A stretch of 64,000 bases of DNA from Hemiscyllium ocellatum (taxonomy: Eukaryota). Positions within the stretch are counted from its first letter, which is position 1. The number at the start of each line of letters is the position of its first letter. Position numbers and translations under genes: made by a program. The stretch spans positions 413,584 through 477,583 of the forward strand of contig NW_026867788.1 in assembly GCF_020745735.1 (NCBI RefSeq), read 5' to 3'. Of the stretch, positions 12,360 through 25,570 are shown in pieces. Under the pieces are notes generated by a model, which searched no databases, was not told the origin of the DNA, and saw only the letters and a list, made by a program, of their open reading frames with translations.

Positions 12360-12780
12360 CGAATGGTGAACCATTGGAATTCTCCGCCACTAAATTGCTT
12401 GAGGTTAAAACATTAAGTGATTTCAAGAAGGAGATAGATTCCTTCAATTCTGAAGATATACTACGAGTATGTGGAAAAAAAGACAAACAGGGTACAATAT
12501 CGGTTGAAAGTCATGAGAACGACGAATGGGGCATGGTTTGTAAATTTGCACATGAAACCAAAATTGGTGCTATAATTGGCAATGAACGTTATCTAAAAGA
12601 GATCGTGATCAATTGGGCAATTGGGCAAATGGGCTGAAGAGTTGCAATTGGAGTATAGATTAAATGAAAACGACCTTTAAAGAAGATAAAGCAGGTCACA
12701 ACTTGCAGAGATAATTGTAGGGCACTGGATCGTGTTGTCCAACAGAGAGACCTGGGAGTTCAGAAGCATCGATTCTTACA
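12360..12780 (+). mobile_element. Degenerate CR1 fragments
   Basis: Remnants of the CR1 RT region (CKFAHETKIG..., WQ/LE-FN-like) and the C-terminal WNSLP-like region. Confidence 0.55.
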
Positions 12781-12784
12781 GCGT

Positions 12785-14650
12785 CATATAGTCATAGAGA
12801 TGTAGAGCAAGGAAATAGACTCTTTGTTCCAACTCGTCCATGCCGACCAGACATCCCACCCCAATCTAGTCCCACCTGCCAGCACATGGCCCATATCCCT
12901 CCAAACACTTCCTATTCATATAGCCATCCAAATGCCTCTTAAATGTTGCAATTGTACCAGTCTCCACCACTTGCTCTGGCATCTCATTCCATACACGTAC
13001 TACCTTCTGTGTGAAAAAGTTGTCCCTTATGTCTTTTTGTGTCTTTCCCCCTCACCCTAAACCTATTCCCTCTAGTTCTGGACTCCCCGAACCCAGGAGA
13101 AAATAAACTTTGCCTATTTACTCTAACCATGTCCCTCAGGATTTTCTAAACCTGTATAAGTTCAAGCACTAAGTCTCTGAAGTTCCAGGGAAAACAGCCC
13201 CAGCCTGTCCAGCTTCACCCTCTAGCTCACATCCACCAATCCTGGCAACATGCTTGTTAAATCTTTTCTGAACCCTTTCAAGTTCCACATCATCTTTTCG
13301 ATAATAAGGAGACCAGAATTGCACACAATGTTCCGACAGTGGCCAAAACAATGTCCTATACAGCCACAACATGTCCTCCCAACTCCTGCATTCAATACTC
13401 TGACCAATAAAGGAAAGCATAACAAACGCCTTCTTCACGATTCAATCTACCTGCGACTAGACTTTCAAGGAGGTATTAATGTGCACTCCAAGTTCTCTAT
13501 GTTCAGCTACACTCCCTCGGACCTGACCATTAAGTGTAGAATTTCTGCTAAGATTTGCTTTCATAAAATGCAGCACCTCGCATTTATCTGAATTAAACTC
13601 CATCTGCCACTTCTCAACTCATTGGCCTATCTGGTCAACGACCTGTTGTTTAATGAGATAACCCTCTCCGTTGTCCTCTACACCTCCAATTTGGTGTCAT
13701 CAACAAACTTACTAACTGTACCCCTTATGCTGGCATCCAAACCAATTATGTAAATGACAAGAAGTAGAGGCCCCAGTACCGATCCTTGTGGCACTCAACT
13801 GGGAACTGGCCTCAAGTCTGAAAAACAACTCTCCACCAAGACCCTCTATCTTCTACCTTTGAGCAAGTTCTGTATCCAAATGCTGAGTTCTCCCTGTATT
13901 CCGTGAGAGCTAACCTTGTTAATCAGTATCACATGGGGAACCTTGTCAAACGCCTGCCTGAAGTCCATATAGATCACATCTACCACTCTGCCCTCATAAA
14001 TCCTTTTTGGTAATTCCTCAAAAAACTCAGTCAAGTTTGTGAGGCAGGCTTTCCCATACACAACATCATGTTGACTATCCCTAATCAGTCCTTGCTTTTC
14101 CAAATCCAGGTACAGCCTGTCCCTCAGGATTCCCTCCAGCAACTTACCCACAACCTACGTCAGACTCACTGGTCTATAGTTCTATGGCATTTCCTCCATA
14201 AACAGTGGCAACACGATAGCCAACCTCCAGTCATCCGGCTCTTCACCTGTAACTATCATCGATACAAATATCTCATCAAGGGTCCCACAATCACTTCTCT
14301 AGATTCCCACAGAGTTTTAAGCTACACCTGATCAGGTCATGTGGATTTATCCATCTTTACCCGTTTCAAGATATCTAGCAATGTCTTTAATAACATGGAC
14401 ATTTTACAAGATGTCACTATGCATTTCCCTATGTCTTTATCTTCAATATCCTTTTTTACAGTAAATATTGACGCAAAATACTCTCGCCATTTTCTGCGGC
14501 TCAACACAAAAGCCACCATGTTGATCATTGAGGGGCCCTATTCTCTCCCTCGTTACTTTTTTGTCCGTAATGTAATTTTAAAAACTCTTCTGATTCTCCT
14601 TAATTCTATTTGCCAAAGCTGTCTCATGTCCCCTTTTTGCACTCCTGATA
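12785..14650 (-). mobile_element. 5'-truncated CR1 LINE (RT remnant, multiple frameshifts)
   Basis: Minus-strand ORFs: ...SQHDVVYGKACLTNLTEFFEE...VDVIYMDFRQAFDKVPH (CR1 RT) and ...VQFWSPYYRKD...ERVQKRF. CR1 3' UTR with TCTATGACTATATGAC tail near 12785. Confidence 0.92.
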
Positions 14651-14699
14651 TCCCTCTTAAGTATACTCCTACTTCCTTTATACTCTCACTGGGTAGTAA

Positions 14700-15085
14700 T
14701 GTTGAATACAGGGACCAGGGGGTTCAGATACATAAATTCTTGAAAACATTGCCTCAAGTAGACAGTGTGTTGAAGGTTTGGCACATGCTCCTTCATTGGT
14801 CAGAGCATTGAGTGCAGGAGTTGAATCTTCTTTCTGTAACTGTACCAGACATTGGAATGAAATGCCGGAGGAAGTGGTAAATGCAGAGACAGGTACAACA
14901 CTTACAAGACATTTGCACAGGTATAGGAATTGGATAGGTTCTGATGGATGTGTGCTAATAGCAGACAAATGGAATTAGTTTAATTTGAAAACTCTGGTCA
15001 GCATGGACAAACTGTACTCTGACCAATAAAGGAAAGCATAACAAAGGAAATGTTCTGTGCTATGTGGCTTTATGACTCTATGGCT
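14700..15085 (+). mobile_element. CR1 LINE 3' fragment
   Basis: WNEMPEEVVNA motif; 3' UTR ending TGGCTTTATGACTCTATG. Confidence 0.8.
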
Positions 15086-15193
15086 TCATTGTGCAGTTTG
15101 CTCAACGTTGGTAAGCAAGTGAGGGGATAGATTGGGAGTATGAGATTGTTTGAGTTAGTAGGCTTTGGCTGGCCATTTACCAGTACGGAAAAT

Positions 15194-15372
15194 TTAGCAT
15201 TGCCAATTCACCTATCTGCATATTATTGGATTGGGGGAGGAAACCGGAAGAAACCCACGCAAACACGGGCAGAATGTGCAAACACCACACAGAGTCGCCT
15301 GAGGTGGGAATTGAACCCGGGTCTCTGACGCTGCGAGGCAGCAGTGCTAACCACTATGCCACCGTGCTGCCC
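15194..15372 (-). mobile_element. tRNA-derived SINE (5' part)
   Basis: Minus strand begins GGGCAGCACGGTGGCATAGTGGTTAGCACTGCTGCCTCGCAGCG...CCGGGTTCAATTCC. Confidence 0.85.
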
Positions 15373-15799
15373 ACAGTTTCGTCAAATTGTGCTTGGTAAA
15401 TGAGGGACCGTTTGAGTTGAAATACAGGAGGTCTATCTTTGCCAAGCTTGTTAGCGGAGAGATCAGCAGAGTGCCACGCTGCTGATTGGAGAGATGTGCA
15501 GGATGCCAGGCTCTTTCGAGAGCAGAAGGTCACTGTAATGCAGTGGCAGGTGGACTTGATGTCAAAATGCAAAGCTCAGAGTCTGGAGAAATGGAATGAG
15601 GTAAAGGACAAATGCGAAAGGAGCTAGGATGCAGTGTGCACACGTTGACTTGGATAAGATGAGAGATCAGTGACCAAGGGCTGAGGTCATGCCTGGGTAG
15701 TGGGGTTCTGACAGAGGTTGTAAAAATGAGGGTGCCATGTCCAGTCAGGGCCAAATTCAACATGGACAGACGCAGGGTGGCAGCAGTGGAATTACAGGG

Positions 15800-16720
15800 T
15801 CATATAGATGTACAGCATGGAAACAGACCCTTCGCGCCACCAAACCATGCCGACCAGATATCCCAACCCAATCTAGTCCCACCTGCCAGCACCCGACCCA
15901 TATTCCTCCAAACCCTTCCTATTCATACACCCATTAAAATTTCTCTTAAATGTTGAAATTGTAACTGCCTCCACAAATTCCTCTGGCAGCTAATTCCATT
16001 CATGGATCACTCTTTCCATGAAAAAATCCCCCCTTAGGTCTCTTTTACATCTTAGCCCTCTCACGTTAAACCTATGCACTCTTGTTCTGGATTCCCTGAA
16101 ACAAAGGAAAAGACTTTGTCTATTTATCCTATCCATGCCCCTCATAATTATATAAACCTCTGGGATTGACATTATGTATCAATCTAGAATGTAGAACATG
16201 GAACATTAGACTGCAGTACAGTCCCTTCAAGCGTCTATTTCATGCCAACCTGTGAAACCAATCTGAAACCTTTTATCCTCCACTATTTCATTTTCACCCA
16301 TATGTTCATCCAATGACATTTCACATGTCCTCAAATTTCACACATATACTATTGTTGAGACAGTGCCGTCCACACCCTTACTACTCTCTGATTAAAGAAA
16401 CTACTTCTGACACCTGTCCTCTACCTATCAGCCTTCAATTTAGGGCTATGTCCCCTCCTGCTAGCCATCATCATCCAAGGAAAAATACTCTCTCTGCTTA
16501 CCCTATCTAACCCTCTGATTATCGTATATCTCTCAATTAAGTTACCTCTCAAACTTCTCCACTCAAACAAAAACAGCCTCAAGAACCTCATGCTTTCCTC
16601 ATAAAACCTTCCCGCCACAGGAGGCAACATCATGCTTTTGAAACACAGTCCCTCTACTAATGAAAGCCAACTCAATGTATGCCTTCTTAGCAATCCTATC
16701 AACCTGACTGGCTCTATACA
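15800..16720 (-). mobile_element. Two adjacent CR1 3' fragments (15800-16160 and 16185-16720)
   Basis: Motifs SRTRVHRFNVRG...DLRGDFFMERVIHEWN and LRGNLIERYTIIRGLDRV; two separate 3' tails. Confidence 0.8.
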
Positions 16721-17339
16721 CATGGACACCGAGGTCTCTCTGCTCATCGACATGACCGATATGGATTGTCTTGGATGTGTTTCTTGTGATAGGGGTGGTG
16801 TATTCCGGGGATGAATGGGTGAGTAACCGGAAGGATTTGGCAATGTGAGTGGAAATTTAGGTCTAGACAGCGAGGGAGAGCAGGGCTCAGTCTGAGACAT
16901 GATGGTTTTGGTGGTGAACTGCGTGTCAGTTTGAAATGTATTAAAGTTAAAGAGTACTTGTTAATTTTTCAAATCATATTTACGTAAATAGTCAACTCAG
17001 TTAGTTGTAACCCTTCAAAGCCTTTGAACCCTAATGCTCTTCCATTTTTCAGAGTCCTCCAGAATTCAGATAATTTTAAATTAGAAGTTTCAACTTTCAG
17101 ACAATTGACATGAGTCCAGCTATGATAGACTTCCTCCAAGTCCCAGTGCTCAGCTCCTGCCCATGCTGCTGCTGCAGTGACCATCTTTCCTGAGAGAACA
17201 TTCTGCCTTGATAAATGAGAAAGAGTCACTGGACCTGAACTGTTCACTCTGATTTCTTTCTAGAAATACTGCCAGCTGTTGGGTTTTTCCAGCAATATCT
17301 GATTTCGTTTCTGATTTCATGCAGCACGGTACCTAGTCG

Positions 17340-17690
17340 GGTGGCACACTGTTTCCGTGGTTAGCATTGCTACAACAAAGCACTTGGGACTCGGGTTCTA
17401 TTCCATCCTCGGGTGACTGTCTGTGTGGAGTTTTCACATTCTCTCTGTGGCTGTGTGGGTTTGTTCGAAAGGTCTATAGATGTGCAAGCTGGGTAAATTA
17501 GCCATGCTGTGTTCAGGGAGAAAGTGAGGTCCGCAGTTTCAGCATTCTGTGTTCAGGGATTGGCATGTTAGGTCCATTAGTCAGAGTTAAATGTAGAGTA
17601 TTAGGGTAGAGCAATGAGCCTGGATGGTTACTTTTCAGAGTGTTGGTGTGGATATGTTGGGCCAAATGGCCTGTTTGCACACACTGTAGA
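17340..17690 (+). mobile_element. tRNA-derived SINE (degenerate)
   Basis: GGGTGGCACACTG...GTGGTTAGCATTG...TCGGGTTCTATTCC head; GGCCAAATGGCCTGTTTGCAC tail. Confidence 0.75.
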
Positions 17691-18041
17691 ATTTTGATGA
17701 ATGCGCATTTCCTTGGTTTGTATTTTGTAAAACCTCTCTGCTCTTCACTTGCAACCCAGTGAAAGTGTCAGTTGGTAAGATTTTAAAACAGTTACTGGGG
17801 TGGGATCAGCATGTTCTTCTTCCTAAATTATATGGTAATGGTAAAGATAGAGGGCATGTTTATGAAGAGGAAACATATAGATCATGATCAACATCTGTTA
17901 AGAAGTAAAAATAAACTCCAGTTATACTGTGGACTTCAGCAGGAGGATGCTGGAAAACGTTTACAAATGAAGATGCATTTGAGTAACTGATATGGACAAA
18001 TTAACAGAAACTAATGTGCTCAATTGATCTTTCTATCGTAG

Positions 18042-18347
18042 AGACACCGTCTCCCCCCACGCTTTATGGCCTGGTCTCCTCCTGTGAGGACCACAACACC
18101 GGTTCTCCGATCTTTGGTTGTTTGGCAATGGACTATTACCCTGATGTAACCAAGGTAACCTGGAAGAAAGGTGGGGAGTTAATCACGACTGGATTGAAGA
18201 CTTACCGATCAGTAAGAAACAAGAGTGGAACCTATACCCAGAGCAGCCAGTTAACCCTGCCCGGGTCAGCAGTAGATTGCCCCACCAAAATCTACTGTGA
18301 GGTTCAACACAACGGGTCACACAAGAGCAAAGAAATGCCATGTCCAG
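18042..18347 (+). pseudogene. IGHM: Cmu1 exon (open reading frame)
   Basis: Acceptor TAG at 18039-18041. Reads [16 protein letters not shown]...GCLAMDYYP...VTWKK...IYCEVQH...EMPCP with both domain Cys and the Trp kept. Donor G|GTAAGT at 18348. Confidence 0.95.
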
Positions 18348-18429
18348 GTAAGTGTTGTGGGAACTGAGATCAACAGAACATCTGTGATTAACATGAATGA
18401 GGCATTATTGATAACCATTCTCACAGAAG

Positions 18430-21350
18430 CATTTTATACAGCACAGGAAAAGGCCCGTTGGTCCATCCAATCCACACCTAAAAATAACAGCCACCTAACT
18501 GTGCCAGTTTCATGTGCCAGCACTTGATCCGTTGCCTTGTGTGACATGCCTTTGCAAGTATGGATCTAAATATTTCATACATATTATGAGGGGCTCAATC
18601 TCTACATAACTTGTCAGCACTGAGCTCCAGACTCACATCACCCTCTGTTTGAGATTGTTTTGACTTGAGATCCATCCTAAAACTCCTGGCCTTGCCTTCA
18701 CCCTGTGCCCCTGAGGCATTGATCTCTCCCTCAAGGGGATTGTTTTTGTCCAGTTCAGCCTGCCTGGAATTATTTGAGGTATAGACATCGCAATCATCTT
18801 CTCCTTAATTCTCCTCTGCTGCAAGGATATCCCCCGTCTGTCTAATCTTTTCATAAATAAAATACTTCAACCCAGGCAAAATCCTTGCAAAGCTCATTAA
18901 TGCTGCTTTCAGCGTAATCAAATTCTGTCGATAGCATGCACACAGCACTTCAGTATGGCCTAATCAATGTGTTATTAAGTTCCAGCATCATCTCCCTACT
19001 CTTCATTGTCAATGTCTCACCTAAAATGAACAAATATCCTCCCGAACTTCCTCGCCTCTTTATCCATATGACGCATTAATATAGGGGATCAGTGGGTGCG
19101 AACACCAATGGCCCTCAGCTATTTCCAGGTTTCCACCATTCAAAACGTAATACCTCGCAGTTTCTTCTGCCGCAGTGCAATACTTTACTCTTATCTAGAG
19201 TGATTTCCATTTGCAACTTCTCTTCACATATAATCAATCCTTGTATGACGTCCTGCGCTCTAAAACTATCATGCTCATGACTTACCAACATGACAATTTT
19301 CCTTTCATCTCCGAAGTTGCTGATTAACCTTCCTACATTCCATTCTCAATCATTGGTATATAAGAGAAACAGCAAGGAAATCAGCACTGATCCCTGCAGA
19401 ACATCATGAGACATAGATTTACAGTCACGCAGACACCTTATGACCATTATCCTCTGCTCCCGACCACTCAGCCAATTCTCGATCCAATTTGGAAATTTAA
19501 CTCTGATCCTATTGGCTCTGATTATTGCTGTCATTTGGTCATTGATTTATCTGTCTGAAAACTACCACCAAATTGTTAAGATATGATTTTCTCTCAATAA
19601 AACCATGCTGGAAGTTGTTGATTGATCTTGCAAATGAAGACAAATTCTGCTCCTCAATAGTTCCAATAGTTTCCCTACCACTGAGACTTGCTTGAAAGAT
19701 CTGCATTTTCATTGTTTATCCCTTCCTTCCTCCTGCATAACAATGCAACGTTGACTGATCTGCACTCACATGTCAGACAGTAATTCTAAACCATTGTCAG
19801 CGACACAACTATTGCATCCTTTGCATCACTCAACAGCTTGTTATATATTTCATCTGCCCTGGAAATATAAGCACGTTTCATCCAGCAAGACAACAAAGAA
19901 CATCACATCGTCTGACCGAACTTTTGAAAGTACATTACAACACTCCTCCATGATTTCTATCCCCACATTGTTTCTCTTACTGTTGAAAACTGACACAGCA
20001 CATTTGTTTCGACTGCAACGTAATCCTCTGGCTCATGCCAATAATATCATCTAATGGGTATTACTGTTCCCCAAATTATTCTTTTATGAATGAACCCATA
20101 ACTTATTAAAATAGTTTTCTTTATTTTGACTGTTATTATTTTCTCATGGTCCCTTTTCCTCTCCTAATACATTTTTTTTCTTGCAAATACCCATTTGCAC
20201 ATTCTGTCCTTCATTCTAATTTCTATTGTTTTGAGATTTCAGTATAGAACGGAAGTCTCCCTTGTTTCTGTTCATCTCACCCGCTATGTCCTTTTACGTT
20301 CCAGGCTCGCTGCATTCTTGGTCCCACGCTGTGGATTCATGGGAAATGTTCTCCCTGCGCTTTTCCTATTTCTTTTATTTTAAATGTGCCACAATGCTCT
20401 GATTTAGATTTACCAGGAAGTTTCAGATTCCAGTCCACTCTGGTCAAACCATTACCTTATCTTATTACCATTGTCCTTCCCCTTTCAGAACTTTGGACCC
20501 ATTTCTATCCTTTTCCAGAACAATCTGGAATCCAACAGATTGAAGATCACCATCTGCAAAGAGCTCCACCATTGATTTTTACCTACTCGATCGATTTCAA
20601 TCTCTAAAGTAAAGTCCAGGTTCACCCCTCTCTTGCAAATTCTGGATTAAAATGTTCTGTATTAAACACTAACTTTGCGAAAATATTCTCCTGGGGGCAT
20701 TTTCAAAATTCTGTTCCCTCTAAATTTTTGGCAAAATGAATATCCAAGCCTACGCTGAGGAAGACAAAATCCTGTTTTCTCATTTAATTTACGTTTAAGA
20801 TAATTTACGTTGCTCTGACATTTGCCCATGTATCTGCACTTCTCAGCCATTTGGACAAAACAGTAAGGTCTATCGTGCTCTGCCAGTGGTTATGTTTGCT
20901 GTATTCTGGTTTGGAAGTACTGTTTATTTGCCTTCGTTTCTCTTTCCAGTCTAAAATACTCTTGTCAGAATTACTACAGAACGGACATTTTCGACCACTC
21001 ACCCACTCCCCCATTTTTCCCATCATTCCCTGTCTCGCCTGAAGGCACTAAATTGTGGAATATTGAATAGTCACTTCTGCCCCTCTCTCAACATGTCACC
21101 ATGAGAGCAATCGCATAATTTCCTCGTTTAAGCCATTAATTCATCCGCCTTGTTCATCAAACTCTTTCATTATAACGAATACCATCAAAAGTTTTTACGT
21201 CACTTCTGATTTGACCAGCCTATCATTTCTATGCCTCTTAGATTCCCTTGCAGAGTCCTCTAATTTTAGCCCATCACATTGTCCTGCTGATCTTTCTGTG
21301 TGGATCTCAGCTTCTCTAACACTCTGCAAATTATGATTCTGGTAATATCG
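18430..21350 (-). mobile_element. Old, fragmented CR1 LINE
   Basis: 3' tail near 18430. RT remnant WIENWLSGREQRIMV...VLQGSVLISLLFLLYTND at 19346-19534. Upstream extent is poorly defined. Confidence 0.6.
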
Positions 21351-21358
21351 GGGTTAGT

Positions 21359-23284
21359 ATAATATATAAGATCTGTTTGCGGAGCTGGAAGTTTTTGTTG
21401 CGAACGTTTCGTCCCCTGGCTAGGAGACATCATCAGTGCTCTGGAGCCTCCTGTGAAGCGCTTCTTTGATGTTTCTTCCGGTATTTATAGTGGTCTGTCC
21501 TTGCCGCTTCCGGGTGTCAGTTTCAGCTGTCCGCTGTAGTGGTTGGTATATTGGGTCCAGGTCGATGTGTTTGTTGATGGAGTTTATGGATGAATGCCAT
21601 GCCTCTAGGAATTCCCTGGCTGTTCTCTGTCTGGCTTGCCCTATGATAGTAGTGTTTTCCCAGTAGAATTCATGTTGCTTGTTGTCTGAGTGTGTGGCTA
21701 CTAGGGATAGCTGGTCGTGTCGTTTTGTGGCTAGCTGATGTTCATGGATGCGGGTTGTTAGCTGTCTTCATGTTTGTCCTATATAGTGTTTTGTGCAGTC
21801 CTTGCATGGTATTTTGTAAACTACATTAGTTTTGCTCATGTTGGGTATCGGGTCCTTTGTTCTAGTAAGTTGTTGTCTGAGCGTGGCTGTTGGTTTGTGT
21901 GCCGTTATGAGTCCTAAGGGTCGCAGTAGTCTGGCTGTCAGATATGAAACGCTTCTGATGTATGGTAGTGTGGCTAGTCCTTTTTATTGTGGCATGTCCT
22001 CGTTCCGTGGTCTATCTCTTAGGCATCTGTTGATAAAGTTGCGCCTCACTACACACTTCACAGTCAACAATCAGATATACGAACAAATCAACGGAACACC
22101 CATGGGATCACCAATCTCGGGACTCATAGCAAAGGCAGTTATTCAAAGGTTAGAACAAACAACCCTACCACAAATTCAACCCAAACTCTGGGTCAGATAT
22201 GTCGATGACACTTTTGTAATCATCAAAAACACAGAAATAGAAAAAATACACCGGATCATCAACGCCACACTCACAGGAATCCGATTCACGAGAGAAGAAG
22301 AAAAGGATAGCCAACTCCCATTCGTGGACGTGTTAATACAGAGAACACTGAACGGAGAATTCACCACAAGGGTACACAGGAAAACACCACACACAGACCA
22401 AGTCCTAAACTATGAAAGTAACCACCCCATCACACACAAACGAAGCTGCATCAGGACACTATTCAAAAGAGCCACAACACACTGCAGTACACCAGATCTG
22501 CGAAAAGAGGAAGAGGAACACCTATAAAAGGTATTCGCCAAAAACGGATACCCGCGCAAATTTATCAAGATGCCTAAGAGATAGACCACGAAACGAGGAC
22601 ATGTCACAACCAAAAGGACTAGCCACACGAGCATACATCAGGAGTGTTTCATATCTGACAGCCAGACTACTGCGACCCTTAGGACTCATAACGGCACACA
22701 AATCAACAGCCATGCTCAGACAGCAACTTACTAGAACAAAGGACCCGATACCCAACATGAGCAAAACTAATGTAGTTTACAAAATACCATGCAAGGACTG
22801 CACAAATCACTATATAGGACAAACAGGAAGATAGCTAACAATCCGCATACATGAACATCAGCTAGCCAAAAAACGACACGACCAGCAGTCCCTAGTAGCC
22901 ACACACTCAGACAACAAGCGACAAGAATTCGACTGGGAAAATACTACTATCATAGGGCAAGCCAGACAGAGAACAGCCAGGGAATTCCTAGAGGCATGGC
23001 ATTCATCCACAAACTCCATCAACAAACACATCGACCTGGATCCAATATACCAACCACTACAGCGGACAGCTGAAACTGACACCCGGAAGCGGCAAGGACA
23101 GACCACTATAAATACCGGAAGAAACATCAAAGAAGCGCTTCACAGGAGGCTCCAGAGCACTGATGATGTCTCCTAGCCAGGGGACGAAACGTTTGCAACA
23201 AAAACTTCCAGCTCCGCGAACAGAACCACAACAACGAGCACCCGAGCTACAAATCTTCGCACAAACTTTCAATAATATATAAGA
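21359..23284 (+). mobile_element. Penelope-like retroelement insertion (RT C-terminus plus GIY-YIG) with inverted terminal duplication and 13-bp TSD
   Basis: RT motifs QINGTPMGSPIS and LWVRYVDDTF; endonuclease motif NVVYKIPCKDCTNHYIGQTGR. 21372-22044 is the reverse complement of 22554-23224. TSD ATAATATATAAGA at 21359-21371 and 23272-23284. Confidence 0.93.
23157..23196 (+). ncRNA. Minimal type I hammerhead ribozyme motif in PLE terminus
   Basis: GCA, core CTGATGA, T, stem II GTCTCC(TAGCCA)GGGGAC, GAAA, CG, TT, TGC. Stem I is 3 bp (GCA/TGC). A mirror copy lies on the minus strand at about 21400-21440. Confidence 0.65.
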
Positions 23285-23342
23285 GCTGACTGCATTTGTT
23301 ATTAAATTCGTCAGATAATTTATTCATATATATTTCCTTAAG

Positions 23343-23653
23343 GTCCAGATGTTTTCCCTCCAACTCTTCTCCTGACTGTGAGTCCCAATGAAGAAATCAC
23401 AAGCAACAAGTATGCCACTCACGTCTGTTAATATTCGATTTCTATCCAAAGTCAACCTCAGTGATTTGGTTGAAAGATGGCCTACCTTTGGATTCTGGCT
23501 TCTTCACGTCTCCTGTGTGTGAGGCGAGCGGGAACTTTTCGGTGACGAGTCGCCTGATGATCCGTTATAGTGAATGGTTCGACAGCGCAGTCTATACCTT
23601 CCAGGTCACTCATGGAGAGAACACTCAAAGTAAAAATATCACCGCATTCCAGG
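23343..23653 (+). pseudogene. IGHM: Cmu2 exon, frameshifted
   Basis: Acceptor AG at 23341-23342. [29 protein letters not shown] then TAA at 23429-23431. The domain continues in a shifted frame as [17 protein letters not shown]...YTFQVTH, implying a 1-nt deletion near 23429. The second Cys is now Phe (TTC 23599-23601). Donor G|GTAAG at 23654. Confidence 0.93.
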
Positions 23654-24069
23654 GTAAGAGGCACATACTAAGAGGGTTACAAATCATTTTGAACTCGCCT
23701 ATGAATCAAACACACAGTTTTATCAGGCTTAGTAAACAAATCTGTACAGCTTCTCATTTCCCAAAGTGTCATGTGCCTCGTATTTCTGTTTGAGTGTCGC
23801 ATTAGCATTGCTCATAATTCATTATTTTAGCTCATCAGAAAAGCATGTTTCCTCTTTGTTGAAGACGAGTAGACAGTGAACTTTGTTAAATAGTTTTTTG
23901 GCTGACCATGCTGGGAGAGGCATTCAGAGTGCCGAGCCCTTGCCTGGTAGCGGCCAAAAGGATAATTTGTGGTCAGGGGTGTCTGAGAGGCATCTGATTG
24001 AAACCTGACAGTCCAAGTTAGAGTGAACGTGTAGTAGATGTTTTGACCAGTAGGCGATAGTAGGGTCCA

Positions 24070-24350
24070 CGGGCACAGTCTCAAAGTCGAAGGGAGCACC
24101 ATTTGATACTAAGATGGGGAGGAATTTCCTCTTCCAGAGGGTGATTAATCTATGGAGCGAATTGCTGCAGAGTGCTGTGGAGCGCAGGCCATTGTCAGCC
24201 TTGAAACAGAGATGGATCAGCTCTTGCTTAGTACGGGGAGAAGGCGGGAGAATGGGGTTGAGAAACATATCAGCCATAATTGAATGGTGGAGAAGACTTG
24301 ATTGACCGAATAGTCTCATTGTGATCATCTATCTTATATTTTGTGGTCTC
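24070..24350 (+). mobile_element. CR1 3' fragment
   Basis: GRNFLFQRVINLWSELLQSAVE motif and CR1 3' UTR. Confidence 0.75.
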
Positions 24351-25570
24351 AAAGTGACATGGTAAAAATATGCAGTAAACCTTACTTGCAAACAAATGAA
24401 AACGTCCAATACTTCATTCCATGCTCAAGAATGACGTATTGCCTTGTTCATTGTACGACACAGACTTTTATTTTATATCTGGTACTAAGCTATTCGACTT
24501 CATTTATGGGATGTGACCACAGAACAAGTGGGTTTCACATTTGATTAACTAGGATAAACGCAATCTCACTGAACTTCTTACAGATGTTCTCTGTAATTAG
24601 CGAATGAGGCAGGAAAATAAATTCTGGTGGGAACGCTCAATAGGGATGAATGAACTAGGAATTAGAGCCAGGCTGATTCAGTCTGATTTGGCATGGAAAT
24701 GTTTACATAATGAATATAAATCTGAATAAAACTAGTGCAAATTTCCATCGAGTTTGTAGATTAATTTAAGAAGTTTCTGCTTGTTTTTTTTTCAATGAAT
24801 AAAGTAAAAAATGCAGCCTGGTAATTAAAGTGAATCTACAGACCTGTCATTAACTCTTTGAATGGAAGGAAAGACTTGAGGGGATGGGTGTTCTTCACGA
24901 TGTCTGGTGCTGTACTCAGTGCCTTGTTTTCAGGTTAACTCCAAATTCAACCCACAAGGAATAATGACATAAATTAGAGAATTGTCTCACACCAATATTG
25001 CCAAGTATTTTCAATCACGTTAAATATAATGATCAGAATTTCCATGGCCATTCACCGTTCCAGTAACACTTTAAAACCTCTGCAAATGCATGAAGACAAA
25101 GAGAATAATTATGTTGAAACACAATTTGTCCGAAATTCGATAACTGATTTGGCAATTAGTGTGACCAGCAGCATTTGCACGTAACGTTCATGGACATAGA
25201 AATGAACTCATTACATACAGATTACTCTTGTCCCAAGTATCAATAGATGGTGTTAAGTAAGAGACCAACTCTGAAAGAAAGATAACTCCGGGAATTACAT
25301 TATGGTATCTTCGATGATTTTACTTTTTTCTCAGGTTTCACTTTTTACAAAGCCAGTGTTCTTTAGGAATTATTACACAGATTACGTTATAGGTAATCAC
25401 GAATTCTTTCACAGATCAAAATATATGAACAATAGTAAGTATCGTTTCAGCAAGAGTTAGAAGTTGCCATTTCGAAGGTGGTTACTTCACCTTGTGACGA
25501 CATAACCTGAAGAGTGGGTGTACTGAATCTGAAGAGGCATTTTACATTGACTTTGATTGCTGTTTCATAG

